A stretch of DNA of 64,000 nt from Alphaproteobacteria bacterium (GTDB lineage: Bacteria > Pseudomonadota > Alphaproteobacteria > UBA828): the NCBI GenBank assembly GCA_965214705.1, contig OZ243972.1, forward strand, positions 64,001 through 128,000. The letters are read 5' to 3'. Shown here piece by piece: positions 42,765-52,594 of this stretch. The position numbers were made by a program, and so were the translations under genes. Numbering within the stretch: position 1 is the first letter of the stretch; each line of letters opens with the position of its first letter. Under the pieces are notes generated by a model that did not search any database, was not told the origin of the DNA, and was given only the letters and a program-made list of their open reading frames with translations.

Positions 42765-42968
42765 CCTTGGCAGGGGCTTCGCCCTCCTCAGAGCGCGTCC
42801 GTCTTTGACGGACGCGCGACAGGCCGCGACTGCGGCCCGCCGCTCCTGCGGCGCCATCGCGCGCCCGCGCGCGTGGACGCGCGACGCGGAGGCGTCGGCC
42901 GTAGGCCGGCTGCCGTGAGCGATAAATTTCTAGAGCGTTTCAGCGTAAAGCGGAAACGCTCTAGAAAT
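42765..42968. repeat. Multi-hairpin intergenic element ending in a 16-bp perfect inverted repeat
   Basis: GCGCGTCCGTC-TTT-GACGGACGCGC and smaller stems; ATTTCTAGAGCGTTTC (42926-42941) / GAAACGCTCTAGAAAT (42953-42968). Confidence 0.6.
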
Positions 42969-43695
42969 GCACCTCCTCGCGTTCGGCGGCTTCTTCGAAG
43001 CCGAAGTAAGCGCGCTCAAGCTCCTCGTCGGTGAGCTCGTTGCTCCGCCCCGTGAGCTCGATCTGTCCGCTGCGCAGCACATAGACCCGGTCGGCGTTCT
43101 CCAGCGCGCGGTGGGTGCTCTGCTCCACCACCAGCAGCGTGTTGCCGGCCTCACGCAAGGATTGGAGGATCTCGTAGACCTTGTCGACGATGAGCGGGCC
43201 GAGGCCGAGCGAGGGCTCGTCCACCAGGATGATCTTGGGCGCCGTCATCAGCGCGCGTCCGATCACGAGCTGCTGCTGCTCCCCGCCCGAGAGCTTGCCA
43301 CCTGGCGTCGACAAGCGATCGCGCATGAAGGGGAAGTAGGAGAGCACGCGCTCGAAGTCCTCCTCGATCTGCTTCTTGTCGGAGCGCATGTCGGTGCCGA
43401 GGCGGATGTTCTCCTCCACCGTGAGCCGGGTGAAGACGTGGCGGCCCTCGGGCACGAAGGAGACCCCGAGGCGCGCGATGTTCTCCGGCCCCTTGCCCAC
43501 GATCACCTCGTCGTTGAGCCGCACTGTGCCCTCGGTAGGGGTCAGCGCGCCCGCGATGGTCATGAGCGTGGTCGACTTGCCGGCGCCGTTCGGCCCGACC
43601 AGGGTCACGATCTCGCCCTCGTCCACGGTGAGGCTGACGCCCCGCACCGCCGGGATGCGGCCGTAACTCACGCTGATGTTGTCGACCTCAAGCAT
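42961..43695 (-). CDS. LIV-type ABC ATPase (LivF-like)
   Basis: GPNGAGKST, VPEGR, LSGGEQQ, DEPSLGL. Confidence 0.9.
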   Translation of the reverse strand: MLEVDNISVSYGRIPAVRGVSLTVDEGEIVTLVGPNGAGKSTTLMTIAGALTPTEGTVRLNDEVIVGKGPENIARLGVSFVPEGRHVFTRLTVEENIRLGTDMRSDKKQIEEDFERVLSYFPFMRDRLSTPGGKLSGGEQQQLVIGRALMTAPKIILVDEPSLGLGPLIVDKVYEILQSLREAGNTLLVVEQSTHRALENADRVYVLRSGQIELTGRSNELTDEELERAYFGFEEAAEREEVHF

Positions 43696-45493
43696 CGTCC
43701 CGCTCCGACCGCGTGCCGAGGTAGGCGCGGATCACTTCAGGATTGGCCTGAATCTCCTGCGGCGTCCCTTCGCCGATGGTCCGCCCGCTGTCGATCACGT
43801 GGATGCGATCGCAGACTCCCATGATCACGCGCATGTTGTGCTCGATCAACAATACGCCGCAGCCGAAATCGCCGGGAATGCGCGAGATCAGCGCCATCAG
43901 GTCGTCGCACTCGGCGTCGCTCATGCCGGCGGCGGGCTCGTCCAGAAGAACGAAATGCGGCGCCATCGCCAGCGCGCGGCCGATGCCGACCCGGCGCTCG
44001 TCGCCGTAGGGCAAGGTATCCGCGTGATCGTAGGCCTTATCAGTGAAGTTCATCCACTCCAGGATCGCGCGCGCGCGCCGCGACGCCTCGCGCCGGCTGA
44101 GGCCGGTGCCGACCGCGGCGGCCTCCAGGTTCTCGATCACCAGCATGTCGGGGTAGAGCCGCACCGCCTGGAAGGTCCGTGCGAGCCCGCGGCGGCCGAT
44201 CCGGTGCGGCGGCATACCTGTCACGTCGACGCCGGCGAGCACGACCCTGCCATGCGTCGGTTTCTGGAAGCCGGTCAGCACGTTCACCAGCGTCGTCTTG
44301 CCGGCGCCGTTGGGACCGATCAGCCCGAATATCTCGTGCCGACCCATCGACACCGTGACTTCGTCGACGGCCGCCAGGCCCTCGAAGTTGACCGAGATGT
44401 CGTGCGCCTCCAGCCGCTCCTCCACGTCGCCGCCCGCCGCCACGATCGCGGGCGCCGCTGCCGCTTCCTTTCGCACCGGTGCCGCCGCAACCTGGCGGGC
44501 GAAGGGCCAGGGGATTTCACGTCCCTTCGCGATGCCGCGCGGGCGGAGGATTAGGATGGTCAGCATCAGGAGCGCGATGACGAGCTGGCTCAGCCCGTAT
44601 TGCTCGATGACGACCTCGATCTGGCGCAGCACCTCCTGCAGAGCCGAGACCACGATCACGCCCACCACGGCGCCCGTCAGGCTCCGCTGGCCGCCGATCA
44701 TCAGCATGGCGAGCGCGATGAAGGTGGGGCCCAGCCAGAAGCCGCGCACCACGATGGAGCCCACGTAGTGGGCCTGCAGCACCCCGCCCAGTCCCATGAA
44801 GAAGCCGCTCAGCACGAAGGCGATAAGCCGCTGGGTGGGCACGTTGATGCCGACGGCGCGCGCCGCCGCCTCGTTTTCGCGCGAGGCGCGGAGCGCGAGG
44901 CCGAAGCGGGACTTCTGATAGATCGTGGCGACCAGCAGCGCGACCCCGGCCCAGGCGAGCGCCACCCGGAAGTTGACGTAGATGGGAATGCCTACCAGCG
45001 TGCTCGCGCCGAAGGTCCAGGAATCCCAGTTGGAGTAGAGCGTGTAGAAGATCATCAGCACCGCGAAGGTGCCGATGCTGGCGGCGATGCCGCTCAATCG
45101 CATCAATGGGATGCCGACGACGAGAGCGACGAGCGCAGCCAGCAGCGAGGAGATGATCGCCGACGGCAGCAGCGGCAGCGTGTTCTCGGCCAGGAATGTG
45201 GGGAGGTCGAGCGCAAAGCTCTTCTTGAACGGCGACATGGTGAACCAGGCGACCGCATAGGCGCCGATCAGCGCGAAAGCCATGTGGCCGAAGGCCAGCA
45301 CACCGGAATTGCCGATGAAGATGTAGAGGCCGATCACCATGACGGTGTTGATGAGCGCGACCGTGAGCGTGCGCTCGATGACCTTGTCGCCGGTCCCCCA
45401 AATGATCAGGGAGAGCACGAGGAGGCCCAAGCCGAGAGTCCCAGGCTCCCACAAGTAACGACCAACAGCAGCGGGGCGAATTTCACGAAGCAC
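43688..45493 (-). CDS. LIV-type ABC fused permease/ATPase (LivM-LivG-like)
   Basis: Hydrophobic N-half; C-half GPNGAGKTT, ARTFQ, LPYG, DEPAAG. Confidence 0.88.
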   Translation of the reverse strand: MLREIRPAAVGRYLWEPGTLGLGLLVLSLIIWGTGDKVIERTLTVALINTVMVIGLYIFIGNSGVLAFGHMAFALIGAYAVAWFTMSPFKKSFALDLPTFLAENTLPLLPSAIISSLLAALVALVVGIPLMRLSGIAASIGTFAVLMIFYTLYSNWDSWTFGASTLVGIPIYVNFRVALAWAGVALLVATIYQKSRFGLALRASRENEAAARAVGINVPTQRLIAFVLSGFFMGLGGVLQAHYVGSIVVRGFWLGPTFIALAMLMIGGQRSLTGAVVGVIVVSALQEVLRQIEVVIEQYGLSQLVIALLMLTILILRPRGIAKGREIPWPFARQVAAAPVRKEAAAAPAIVAAGGDVEERLEAHDISVNFEGLAAVDEVTVSMGRHEIFGLIGPNGAGKTTLVNVLTGFQKPTHGRVVLAGVDVTGMPPHRIGRRGLARTFQAVRLYPDMLVIENLEAAAVGTGLSRREASRRARAILEWMNFTDKAYDHADTLPYGDERRVGIGRALAMAPHFVLLDEPAAGMSDAECDDLMALISRIPGDFGCGVLLIEHNMRVIMGVCDRIHVIDSGRTIGEGTPQEIQANPEVIRAYLGTRSERDDA

Positions 45494-45495
45494 GG

Positions 45496-46410
45496 TCAGA
45501 TCCGTTCCTCGACCGCCTTCACCTTGACGATGCCGCCGGGCCTGAGCAGGAGGATGACCAGGATGAGCCCGTAGACCCAGGCATCCCGGTTGAGCCGCAT
45601 TTCGAGCGGCAGCACGATCTGGAAGAAGACGCTGGCGACGCCAACCACGAAGCCGCCGACCACCGCGCCCGTCAGGCTGCCCATGCCGCCGACGACCGTG
45701 CCGACGAACGCGGCGAGCACCAGCGGCACACCCATGTCGAACTTCAGCACGCCGTTCTGCACGACGAAGAGCAGCGAGACCACGGCCGCGAGAAGACCCG
45801 AGATCGCGAAGGCCGCGGCAATCACCCGGTTGGCGCGCACGCCCAGGAAGCGCGCCATCATGAAGTCCTCGGACGCAGCCCGCATCTGGCGCCCGATCGC
45901 CGTGCGCTTGAGGAAGGCGACGAGCAGCAGCAGCAGCGCCGCGGTCGCAGCGATCATCACGATTTGCAGGCGCGGCAGGCGAATGTCGCCGAGCAGGAAG
46001 GGATCGGTCAGCACCGGCCAGAGATCCACACCCTTGGGCCGGCCCTCATAGATGAGCAACACCAGGTTCTGGAGAAAGAAGCTGAGCGCGAAGGAGGCGA
46101 TCAGCAGCACCGAGGGGTCAGCATCGCGGAGCGGCCTGAACGCCAGCCGCTCGCAGGCGACGGCGAAGATGATGACGATGAGAATGATCGCCGCCACCAC
46201 CGCCGCCGGATGCCAGGCGCCGATGAAGAGCTGCGGCGCCACGGCGGCGGACGGCACGATGAGCGCGTAGGCACCGATCATGATCAAGTCGCCATGGGCG
46301 AAGTTGATCAGGCGCATGATGCCGAAGATCAGCCCGATGCCGAGGGAGGTGAGCGCGAACAGGCTCCCCAGGCTCAGAGCGTCGATGATGTTCTGAACGA
46401 CCGCTTGCAC
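45496..46410 (-). CDS. LIV-type ABC permease (LivH-like)
   Basis: GIGLIFGIMRLINFAHG, VVGGMGS, RPGG. Confidence 0.9.
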   Translation of the reverse strand: MQAVVQNIIDALSLGSLFALTSLGIGLIFGIMRLINFAHGDLIMIGAYALIVPSAAVAPQLFIGAWHPAAVVAAIILIVIIFAVACERLAFRPLRDADPSVLLIASFALSFFLQNLVLLIYEGRPKGVDLWPVLTDPFLLGDIRLPRLQIVMIAATAALLLLLVAFLKRTAIGRQMRAASEDFMMARFLGVRANRVIAAAFAISGLLAAVVSLLFVVQNGVLKFDMGVPLVLAAFVGTVVGGMGSLTGAVVGGFVVGVASVFFQIVLPLEMRLNRDAWVYGLILVILLLRPGGIVKVKAVEERI

Positions 46411-46532
46411 CGAAGAAGGCCCCTCGAACGACTGGCGGTGTCAGGCGGCGGCCGTCGGCCGCGGCGCCGCGACCGGGAAAACGGGGGCGGCCCGCGAGAC
46501 TGGGTTTCGCGGACCGCCCACCGGGTCTGTGC

Positions 46533-47735
46533 CTACTTGAAGATGAGCTGAAGCGGCGGCGGCTCCGGCAACTGGATCAGGTCGACGAAGTAACCCTTGC
46601 CGTCCTTGATCCCGATGATCGCCTGGGGCCGCTCGAGGTTGATGTGCAGGTCCTCGGTGAACGTGGTGGGACCCACCAGCAGCGGCTCCTTGTCGAACTT
46701 GTTGAGCTCGGCCAGCACCGCGTCGCTGTCGATGGTGCCCGCCCGATCGATGGCGATGGCGAGCGCCTGGATGATGCTGTAGCCCGAGAGGGCGAACGAA
46801 CAGCACACCCGCTCGCCGTGCACTTCCTCGTAGCGGTCGAAGAACTCGTTGACCCGGGGCCGAGGATCGTCGCCGAACACCGAGCCGTAAGTGCCGGTGT
46901 AGTGGTCATTGAGGTTGCCGATGGCCTCGGTCCAGTAGTCGCCGTCCATCGAATCGCCGCCCGAGATCGGCGTGTCGATGCCGGCCGCTCTGATCTGGCG
47001 GATCGCGGCGTTCGCGCCGGCTCCGTAGGAGCAGACGTGGAGCAGGTCAGGCTCGCCCTTCTCCTCCGCCACCTGCTTGAAACGTGTGATCTGCGAGGCG
47101 ATGGACGCATCATCCTGCTTGAAGGTGTCCTCACCCAGCATGACGCCGCCCAGCTTCTCGAAGCGTGTCTTGAAGCCGGCGCAGATCGCTTTGTCGTACT
47201 CGATCGAGGTATCGAGCAGGCTGTAGGCGGTCTTCCAGCCCTTGTTGTTCCACGCCCACTCCGCAATCACCGCGCCGCTGGTGAGCGACGAGTTGGACAT
47301 GGTGAAGGCGTAGGGGCCGATGCCCTGCACGCCCATCTTCGCGTCGGAGGCGCAGAGCGAGATGACCACCATCTCGTTGCTGTTCGCCACCGTCGCGGCG
47401 GCGGCGCCCATGTCGTAGTCGCACGAGACGATCATGAAGTTGGCGCCGTCGGCGATCACCTCCTGCCCGGCCCGCGCGCCTTCCGCCGCCTCCGACTTGG
47501 TGTCGGACTGGGTGAAGGTGAAATTGCGGCCGCCGAGCACGCCGCCGGCTTCGTTGATGTCGTTGATCGCCATCTTCGCCGAGCGCGACGGCGGGCCATC
47601 GTATTGGTTCATCCAGCCGCTGAGCGCGATGGCGAAGCCGATGACGATATCGTCGTCGGCAGCCTGGCTCGGCGTAGCGACGCCAAATGATAGGGCAAGC
47701 GCGGCCGCGCCTGCCAGCAGTGTCAGTTTCCGCAT
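46533..47735 (-). CDS. LIV-type ABC substrate-binding protein
   Basis: Signal peptide, INEAGGVLG, DTKS; type I periplasmic binding fold pattern. Confidence 0.87.
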   Translation of the reverse strand: MRKLTLLAGAAALALSFGVATPSQAADDDIVIGFAIALSGWMNQYDGPPSRSAKMAINDINEAGGVLGGRNFTFTQSDTKSEAAEGARAGQEVIADGANFMIVSCDYDMGAAAATVANSNEMVVISLCASDAKMGVQGIGPYAFTMSNSSLTSGAVIAEWAWNNKGWKTAYSLLDTSIEYDKAICAGFKTRFEKLGGVMLGEDTFKQDDASIASQITRFKQVAEEKGEPDLLHVCSYGAGANAAIRQIRAAGIDTPISGGDSMDGDYWTEAIGNLNDHYTGTYGSVFGDDPRPRVNEFFDRYEEVHGERVCCSFALSGYSIIQALAIAIDRAGTIDSDAVLAELNKFDKEPLLVGPTTFTEDLHINLERPQAIIGIKDGKGYFVDLIQLPEPPPLQLIFK

Positions 47736-47840
47736 CGTGGTTCCCTCCCTGTGCGGCCGGACGTTGGTCTTCTACAGCGCCGTCATCCGACGGCAGTGCG
47801 ATATCCGCCGGCAACTCTAGGCGGAATGTGCGGCGGGAGT

Positions 47841-48947
47841 CTACCGAGCCACCTGACCCCCGGCGGCGGCAATGTCGGCAAACGCGGGCATGACCTCCCC
47901 AGCAAGCGCGCGCATGGAATCGCGCCACCCTTCCATGTCTTCCAGGTGGTCGTAGGAGATCACCAACAGGGTGCCGAACCCGCCCGAGGCCTCCAACATG
48001 GCGGCGACCTTGCGCTCCACGGTGCGCGGACTGCCCACCGCCATGCAGTGCTCGGCGATGTACTCGACCGTGACGTCGGAATCGGCCACGTCGGGGTGGT
48101 GCTTGCAGGCCGAGAGCATGCCGATGTGCTTGAGCACGGGCAGCCAGAAGCTGCGGTAATGCGCACCGATGGCGCCGTTGACCACCTTGTCCCACGCCTC
48201 GGCGTCGGTCTCAGCCACGTAGATGTCCCGCCCGATGCGCCAGGCAGAGCGGTCCGGGTTGCGGCCGGCCTCCGCCGCGCCGCGCTCGACCGAGGCCCAG
48301 TGCCCGGCGAGGTAGGCGTTGCTGTAGCTCAGGCTGAGCGGAATGAAGCCGCGGCGGCCGGCGAGCACCAGCGTGGGCGAATCCGGGCTGAAGCCGGCGA
48401 TCGCGATCTGCGGGTGCGGCTTGGTGAATGTGCCGATGTGGTACCCGTAGTTCCCATCGAGCACGCCCTCCGGCCGGCGCGCGGTCCAGTACTTGCCGCA
48501 ATACTCGAAGGGGCCGTCGCTCTCCCAGAAGCGCATCATGATGTCGAGGGATTCCTCGGTCATCTCGCGGTTCTGGCCGGCGAACCCATCGATGTCGAAC
48601 ATCAGCCAGTCGGTCGGAATTCCGCTTGAGCCCACCCCGATGTAGCAGCGCCCACGCCCGATATGGTCGAGCCAGGCGATCCGGTGCGCCAGTTCGGCCG
48701 GGTGGTGGAAGGGCAGCATGTAGCCGCCCGGCGAGACCCGGATGCGTTCGGTGCGCAGCAGCGCCTGGGCGACCAGCAGGTCGGGCGCGGGGCAAGGCTC
48801 TGTCGGCACCGTGTAGTGGCAGCCGATCCATGCCTCGGCGAAGCCGATGCGGTCGAGGAAGGCGAGCGTGTCGAGATCGTGCTCGTGGCCCTCGCCGAAG
48901 TCGCGGCCCGGCGGGTGGTTGGGCATCATGAACGCGCCAACATCCAT
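47841..48947 (-). CDS. Luciferase-like (LLM) flavin-dependent monooxygenase
   Basis: GFAEAWIGCH, LPFHHP, LDH, KPHP, VGSP. Confidence 0.87.
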   Translation of the reverse strand: MDVGAFMMPNHPPGRDFGEGHEHDLDTLAFLDRIGFAEAWIGCHYTVPTEPCPAPDLLVAQALLRTERIRVSPGGYMLPFHHPAELAHRIAWLDHIGRGRCYIGVGSSGIPTDWLMFDIDGFAGQNREMTEESLDIMMRFWESDGPFEYCGKYWTARRPEGVLDGNYGYHIGTFTKPHPQIAIAGFSPDSPTLVLAGRRGFIPLSLSYSNAYLAGHWASVERGAAEAGRNPDRSAWRIGRDIYVAETDAEAWDKVVNGAIGAHYRSFWLPVLKHIGMLSACKHHPDVADSDVTVEYIAEHCMAVGSPRTVERKVAAMLEASGGFGTLLVISYDHLEDMEGWRDSMRALAGEVMPAFADIAAAGGQVAR

Positions 48948-48994
48948 GGCTCTCCTCCATCCGTTGGCGCTCGCCGGCCGGCGCGGCGGCGGTG

Positions 48995-49756
48995 TTAGAA
49001 CTGCACGCGCTTGGTGAGCCCGCCGTCGACGATCAGGTTGGCGCCCGTGGTGAAGCTCGAGACCGGGCTCGCGAGGAAGGCGACCGCATCAGCGACCTCC
49101 TCTGGCGTGCCCATCCGGCCGGTGGGGTTGAGCGCGAGCGCAGCATTGTAGCGCTCCGGATTCTCCCGCTGACGCTGGCCCCAAACGCCGTCCTCGAAAT
49201 AGATCGTGCCCGGCGAGACGCAGTTCACGCGGATGCCGCGCTCTGCGAGCACGGTGGCCAGATTGGAGGTGTAGTTGATCAGGGCGGCCTTGATCGAGTT
49301 GTATGGTCTGACCCCGCCAAAGCTCTCGACGCCCGCCGTGCTCGATACGGTGACGATCGCCGCAGCCTCCGATTGCTCCAGGTGCGGCATGGCTGCCTCG
49401 ATCGTGCGCACGGTGCCGAGCATGTCGACCTCGAGCGCGGCCCGCCAGGAGTCTTCGTCCGGCGCTCCGGCGATCGCGCTCACGTTGGCGACCACGACAT
49501 CGATGCCACCGAGCTGCTGCGCCATCGCCGCGGTCCATTGCCGCACGGCGTCGCCGTCCGCGACGTCGCAGGCGGTTCCGATGACATTGAGGCCCTCTCC
49601 CGCGAACGCCGCCAGCACGGCCTCAAGCTTGACGCCGCCGCGGGCGCAGATGCCGACCCCGCAGCCCTCCAGCGCGAGCCTGCGCGCGATCGCGTGGCCG
49701 ATCCCCCGCGTGCCGCCGGTTACGATGGCCTTCTTGCCGTCGAGCTTGAGGTCCAT
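48995..49756 (-). CDS. Short-chain dehydrogenase/reductase
   Basis: TGGTRGIG, YNSIK, RVNCVSPG, VDGG. Confidence 0.9.
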   Translation of the reverse strand: MDLKLDGKKAIVTGGTRGIGHAIARRLALEGCGVGICARGGVKLEAVLAAFAGEGLNVIGTACDVADGDAVRQWTAAMAQQLGGIDVVVANVSAIAGAPDEDSWRAALEVDMLGTVRTIEAAMPHLEQSEAAAIVTVSSTAGVESFGGVRPYNSIKAALINYTSNLATVLAERGIRVNCVSPGTIYFEDGVWGQRQRENPERYNAALALNPTGRMGTPEEVADAVAFLASPVSSFTTGANLIVDGGLTKRVQF

Positions 49757-49831
49757 GTCCTCGACCCTGCGTATGTCCGGTTTGGAGTGTCGGACGCCCG
49801 CACGCGCTTGTCCAGCCGGCGCCGAGCGGTA

Positions 49832-50011
49832 TTACGATGAAGCAGGCAACAGTTCCCGGTAGACGTCGAGGGTCGCGCTGCACATCCCTTCGAGCATGAA
49901 ATTGCGGCGCACGTAGGCCTGGCCCGCCGCGGCCGTGCTCTCTCGCTCGGCCGCGCCTGCCCTTAGCGCCTCTCCTATCGCGTCCGCCAGCGCACCCGCA
50001 TCGCCCGGCGG
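49832..50011 (-). pseudogene. C-terminal remnant of a GT4 (family 1) glycosyltransferase
   Basis: Reads PPGDAGALADAIGEALR...AGQAYVRRNFMLEGMCSATLDVYRELL..stop; no start codon, in-frame TAG immediately upstream. Confidence 0.7.
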
Positions 50012-50041
50012 CTAGGGAGAAAATATAAGCGTCAAGGGGCC

Positions 50042-50099
50042 TTGACCGCCGGTGCGACTCGATTATATTGCGATGCAACATAATGCTGCGCTGCAATAT
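50042..50099 (+). promoter_or_regulatory. Phasin promoter with PhaR-like TGC..GCA operator boxes
   Basis: TTGACC-N16-TATATT; TTGCGATGCAA (50068-50078) and CTGCGCTGCAA (50086-50096). Confidence 0.6.
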
Positions 50100-50162
50100 G
50101 AACAGGCATCATAGAGCGGTGCGCATCGTCAGGAACAACCGCAAAACGATAGGGTGAACGCG

Positions 50163-50576
50163 ATGACCACCAAGACCGACGCCGCGAGCAAGGCCGCTGC
50201 CAACTCCAAGACCGCCTGGAATGGCGCATTCTCCTTCGACACCATGGCCGATGAGGGCCGTGCGAGCCTCGACAGCTTCGTCCAGGCCTCGACAATCGCG
50301 GCCAAGGGCTATGGCGCCATCGGCAGCGCCTGGTTCGGCTTCGCCAAGGAGGCGATGGCTGCCCAGACCGACGCCGCCGAGGCGCTGATGGGTGCGCGTA
50401 GCTGGGCCGAGCTAACCGAGGCCCAGACCGGCGCTGCGAAGGGCGCGTTCGAGCGCACGATGGCTGCGGGCAACCGCATCGCCGACATGACGGTCAAGAC
50501 GACCGGCGACGCCATGGAGCCGATCCGCGCACGCGCCGAGGACCTGGTCGAGCGCTACGGCAAGCCCGCCGCCTAA
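50163..50576 (+). CDS. phaP: Phasin (PHA granule protein)
   Basis: Ala-rich amphipathic helices, RSWAELTEAQ, EPIRAR; PhaR-like boxes upstream. Confidence 0.8.
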   Translation: MTTKTDAASKAAANSKTAWNGAFSFDTMADEGRASLDSFVQASTIAAKGYGAIGSAWFGFAKEAMAAQTDAAEALMGARSWAELTEAQTGAAKGAFERTMAAGNRIADMTVKTTGDAMEPIRARAEDLVERYGKPAA

Positions 50577-50598
50577 CGGGGCCGGACACTCGCTACGG

Positions 50599-50630
50599 AG
50601 GGCCTGGGACCGCACGGTTCCGGGCCCTTC
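50599..50630. terminator. Hairpin between convergent phasin and purN
   Basis: AGGGCCTGGGACC-GCAC-GGTTCCGGGCCCT stem. Confidence 0.45.
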
Positions 50631-50632
50631 GC

Positions 50633-51286
50633 TTATGGGCCTAGCGCCGGGTTGATGAGGGTATCGTCAGGCGCCGCCGCATCGATGACGCAGCGCTCGT
50701 CCACGACCGATATGCGGCGCTCGGCGATGAGACGCACGGCGAGCGGCAGGCAGCGATGCTCCTCGCGCAGGACGCGGGCCGCAAGGCTCTCCGCCGTGTC
50801 CTCGGGCAGGACCGGCACGGCCGCCTGAACGATGATCGGCCCGCTGTCCACGTCGGGCCGGACGAAGTGGACCGTGCATCCAGCGAATCGAACCCCAGCC
50901 TCGATGGCCCTAGCGTGGGTATCGAGCCCCTTGAAGGCGGGCAGCAGCGAAGGGTGGATGTTGATCAGCCGGTCGCGCCAGCGCTCGACGAAATCCGTCG
51001 TGAGCACGCGCATGAATCCGGCGAGACAGACCAGCTCGACACCGCTCGCCTCAAGCGCCTCGGTCAGCGCCTGCTCGAAGGCCTCACGGGATTCATACTC
51101 CCGGTGGTCGATCACGCGATGGGGCAGGCTCGCATGTTCGGCGCGCGCGAGACCGAAGGCGTCGGACCGGTTGGAGAGCACCAGCACGATCTCGCTCTCG
51201 GCGTCCGCGCGGGTACAATCGTCGATGAGGGCCTGCAAATTGGTCCCACTGCCCGAGATCAGGACGCCCACCTTGAGCCGCGCCAT
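50633..51286 (-). CDS. purN: Phosphoribosylglycinamide formyltransferase
   Basis: ISGSGTNLQA, LAGFMR, NIHPSLLP, GCTVH, DSGPII. Confidence 0.96.
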   Translation of the reverse strand: MARLKVGVLISGSGTNLQALIDDCTRADAESEIVLVLSNRSDAFGLARAEHASLPHRVIDHREYESREAFEQALTEALEASGVELVCLAGFMRVLTTDFVERWRDRLINIHPSLLPAFKGLDTHARAIEAGVRFAGCTVHFVRPDVDSGPIIVQAAVPVLPEDTAESLAARVLREEHRCLPLAVRLIAERRISVVDERCVIDAAAPDDTLINPALGP

Positions 51287-51412
51287 GTGGTCCCCCGCCG
51301 TCTTCCGGCCGCTGCCGGTCGCTTGGCTGCGGGCGCCATGATACCCTGCCACTCGGGTTTCGGTCGCCGCCGGCCCCGAAACGTGACACCAGTGAGTATT
51401 CCGGGCTCGATC

Positions 51413-52594
51413 ATGTGTGGACCGGCTCGCATCGCGCTCATGTGCGCGCTGGCGCTGCTCCTCGCTTGCGGCGCCACGCGGGCGGACTCGGTGTTCACCG
51501 TCGCGCACGTTCCCGTCGACGCCGAAGCCGCATCGGCAGCGGAGGCGCGCGAGCTCGCCATCGCCGCCGGCCAGCGCGCCGCGTTGGACACTCTCTTGCG
51601 TCGGCTCACGGTCATGGGAACGGACCTGCCCCCACCGCCCGACAACATTATTGCGACGATGGTGGCAGGCTTCGCCATCGACCGCGAGCTGGTCTCGACC
51701 ACCCGCTACCGCGCGTCGCTGACCGTGGACTTCGATCCGGCCGAGGTGCGCCGCCTGCTGCGCGAGAACGGCATCGCGTACGCCGAGACCCTGAGCAAGC
51801 CAGTGCTGGTGGTGGCGGTTCAGCGCGACCCCGGCGGTATCCTGCTGTGGGAGGACGGCAATCGCTGGCGCCGGGCGTGGGAGGAGCGCCCGCCGCACGG
51901 CGGCCTGGTGCCGATCCTTCTGCCGCTCGGCGATGTCATCGATCTCGGCACGGTGGACGCCGCGCGGGCGTTGGCGTCGGATGCCGAAGCGCTCACCGCG
52001 CTCGCCGCGCTCTACGGCACCAGCGAAGTCGCGGTCGCCGTCGCCGGCCTTGCCGGCTCCGCTGCCGTGGCAAAACCGTCTGCGCCTGCGGCGGAGAACG
52101 CTAGCGGCGATGCCCCGGCCGCGGGCCGCGCCCTCACGCTCTCGCTGCTCAGGATCGCGGCCGAAGAGAGCCGGGCCGTCCAGAAAACACTGATCGGCCG
52201 CGAGGGGGAGAGCGAACGGGCGCTGCTCAAGCGCGGCACCGACAGAGTCATCACCCTGCTGGAGGATGACTGGAAGGCCGCCAACCTGATTCGCTACGAC
52301 GAGCAGCGGGTGCTCCGGGCGAGGGTGCCGATCGCGAGCCTCGGCGAATGGGTGTCGATCCAGCGGCGCCTCGCGACGCTTGCCATGGTCGCATCGGTCG
52401 AGATCGACTCGCTCTCGCGGAGCGAAGGCAGGCTCACCCTCCACTATCATGGTACGGAGGACCAGCTCCGCCTTGCCCTCGGCCAGGACGACCTCGATCT
52501 CGCGCCCGAGGAAGATGGCTGGTGGCTGCGTGGTCGCGCCACATCCCCGGAGCCGGTGGAACCCGACACGCCCGTTCCGGATGAGGGCGAGTGA
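51413..52594 (+). CDS. DUF2066-like exported protein
   Basis: Signal peptide, FTV..V.VD......AR..A, LPLGD; usual position between pur genes and hdaA; start approximate. Confidence 0.75.
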   Translation: MCGPARIALMCALALLLACGATRADSVFTVAHVPVDAEAASAAEARELAIAAGQRAALDTLLRRLTVMGTDLPPPPDNIIATMVAGFAIDRELVSTTRYRASLTVDFDPAEVRRLLRENGIAYAETLSKPVLVVAVQRDPGGILLWEDGNRWRRAWEERPPHGGLVPILLPLGDVIDLGTVDAARALASDAEALTALAALYGTSEVAVAVAGLAGSAAVAKPSAPAAENASGDAPAAGRALTLSLLRIAAEESRAVQKTLIGREGESERALLKRGTDRVITLLEDDWKAANLIRYDEQRVLRARVPIASLGEWVSIQRRLATLAMVASVEIDSLSRSEGRLTLHYHGTEDQLRLALGQDDLDLAPEEDGWWLRGRATSPEPVEPDTPVPDEGE

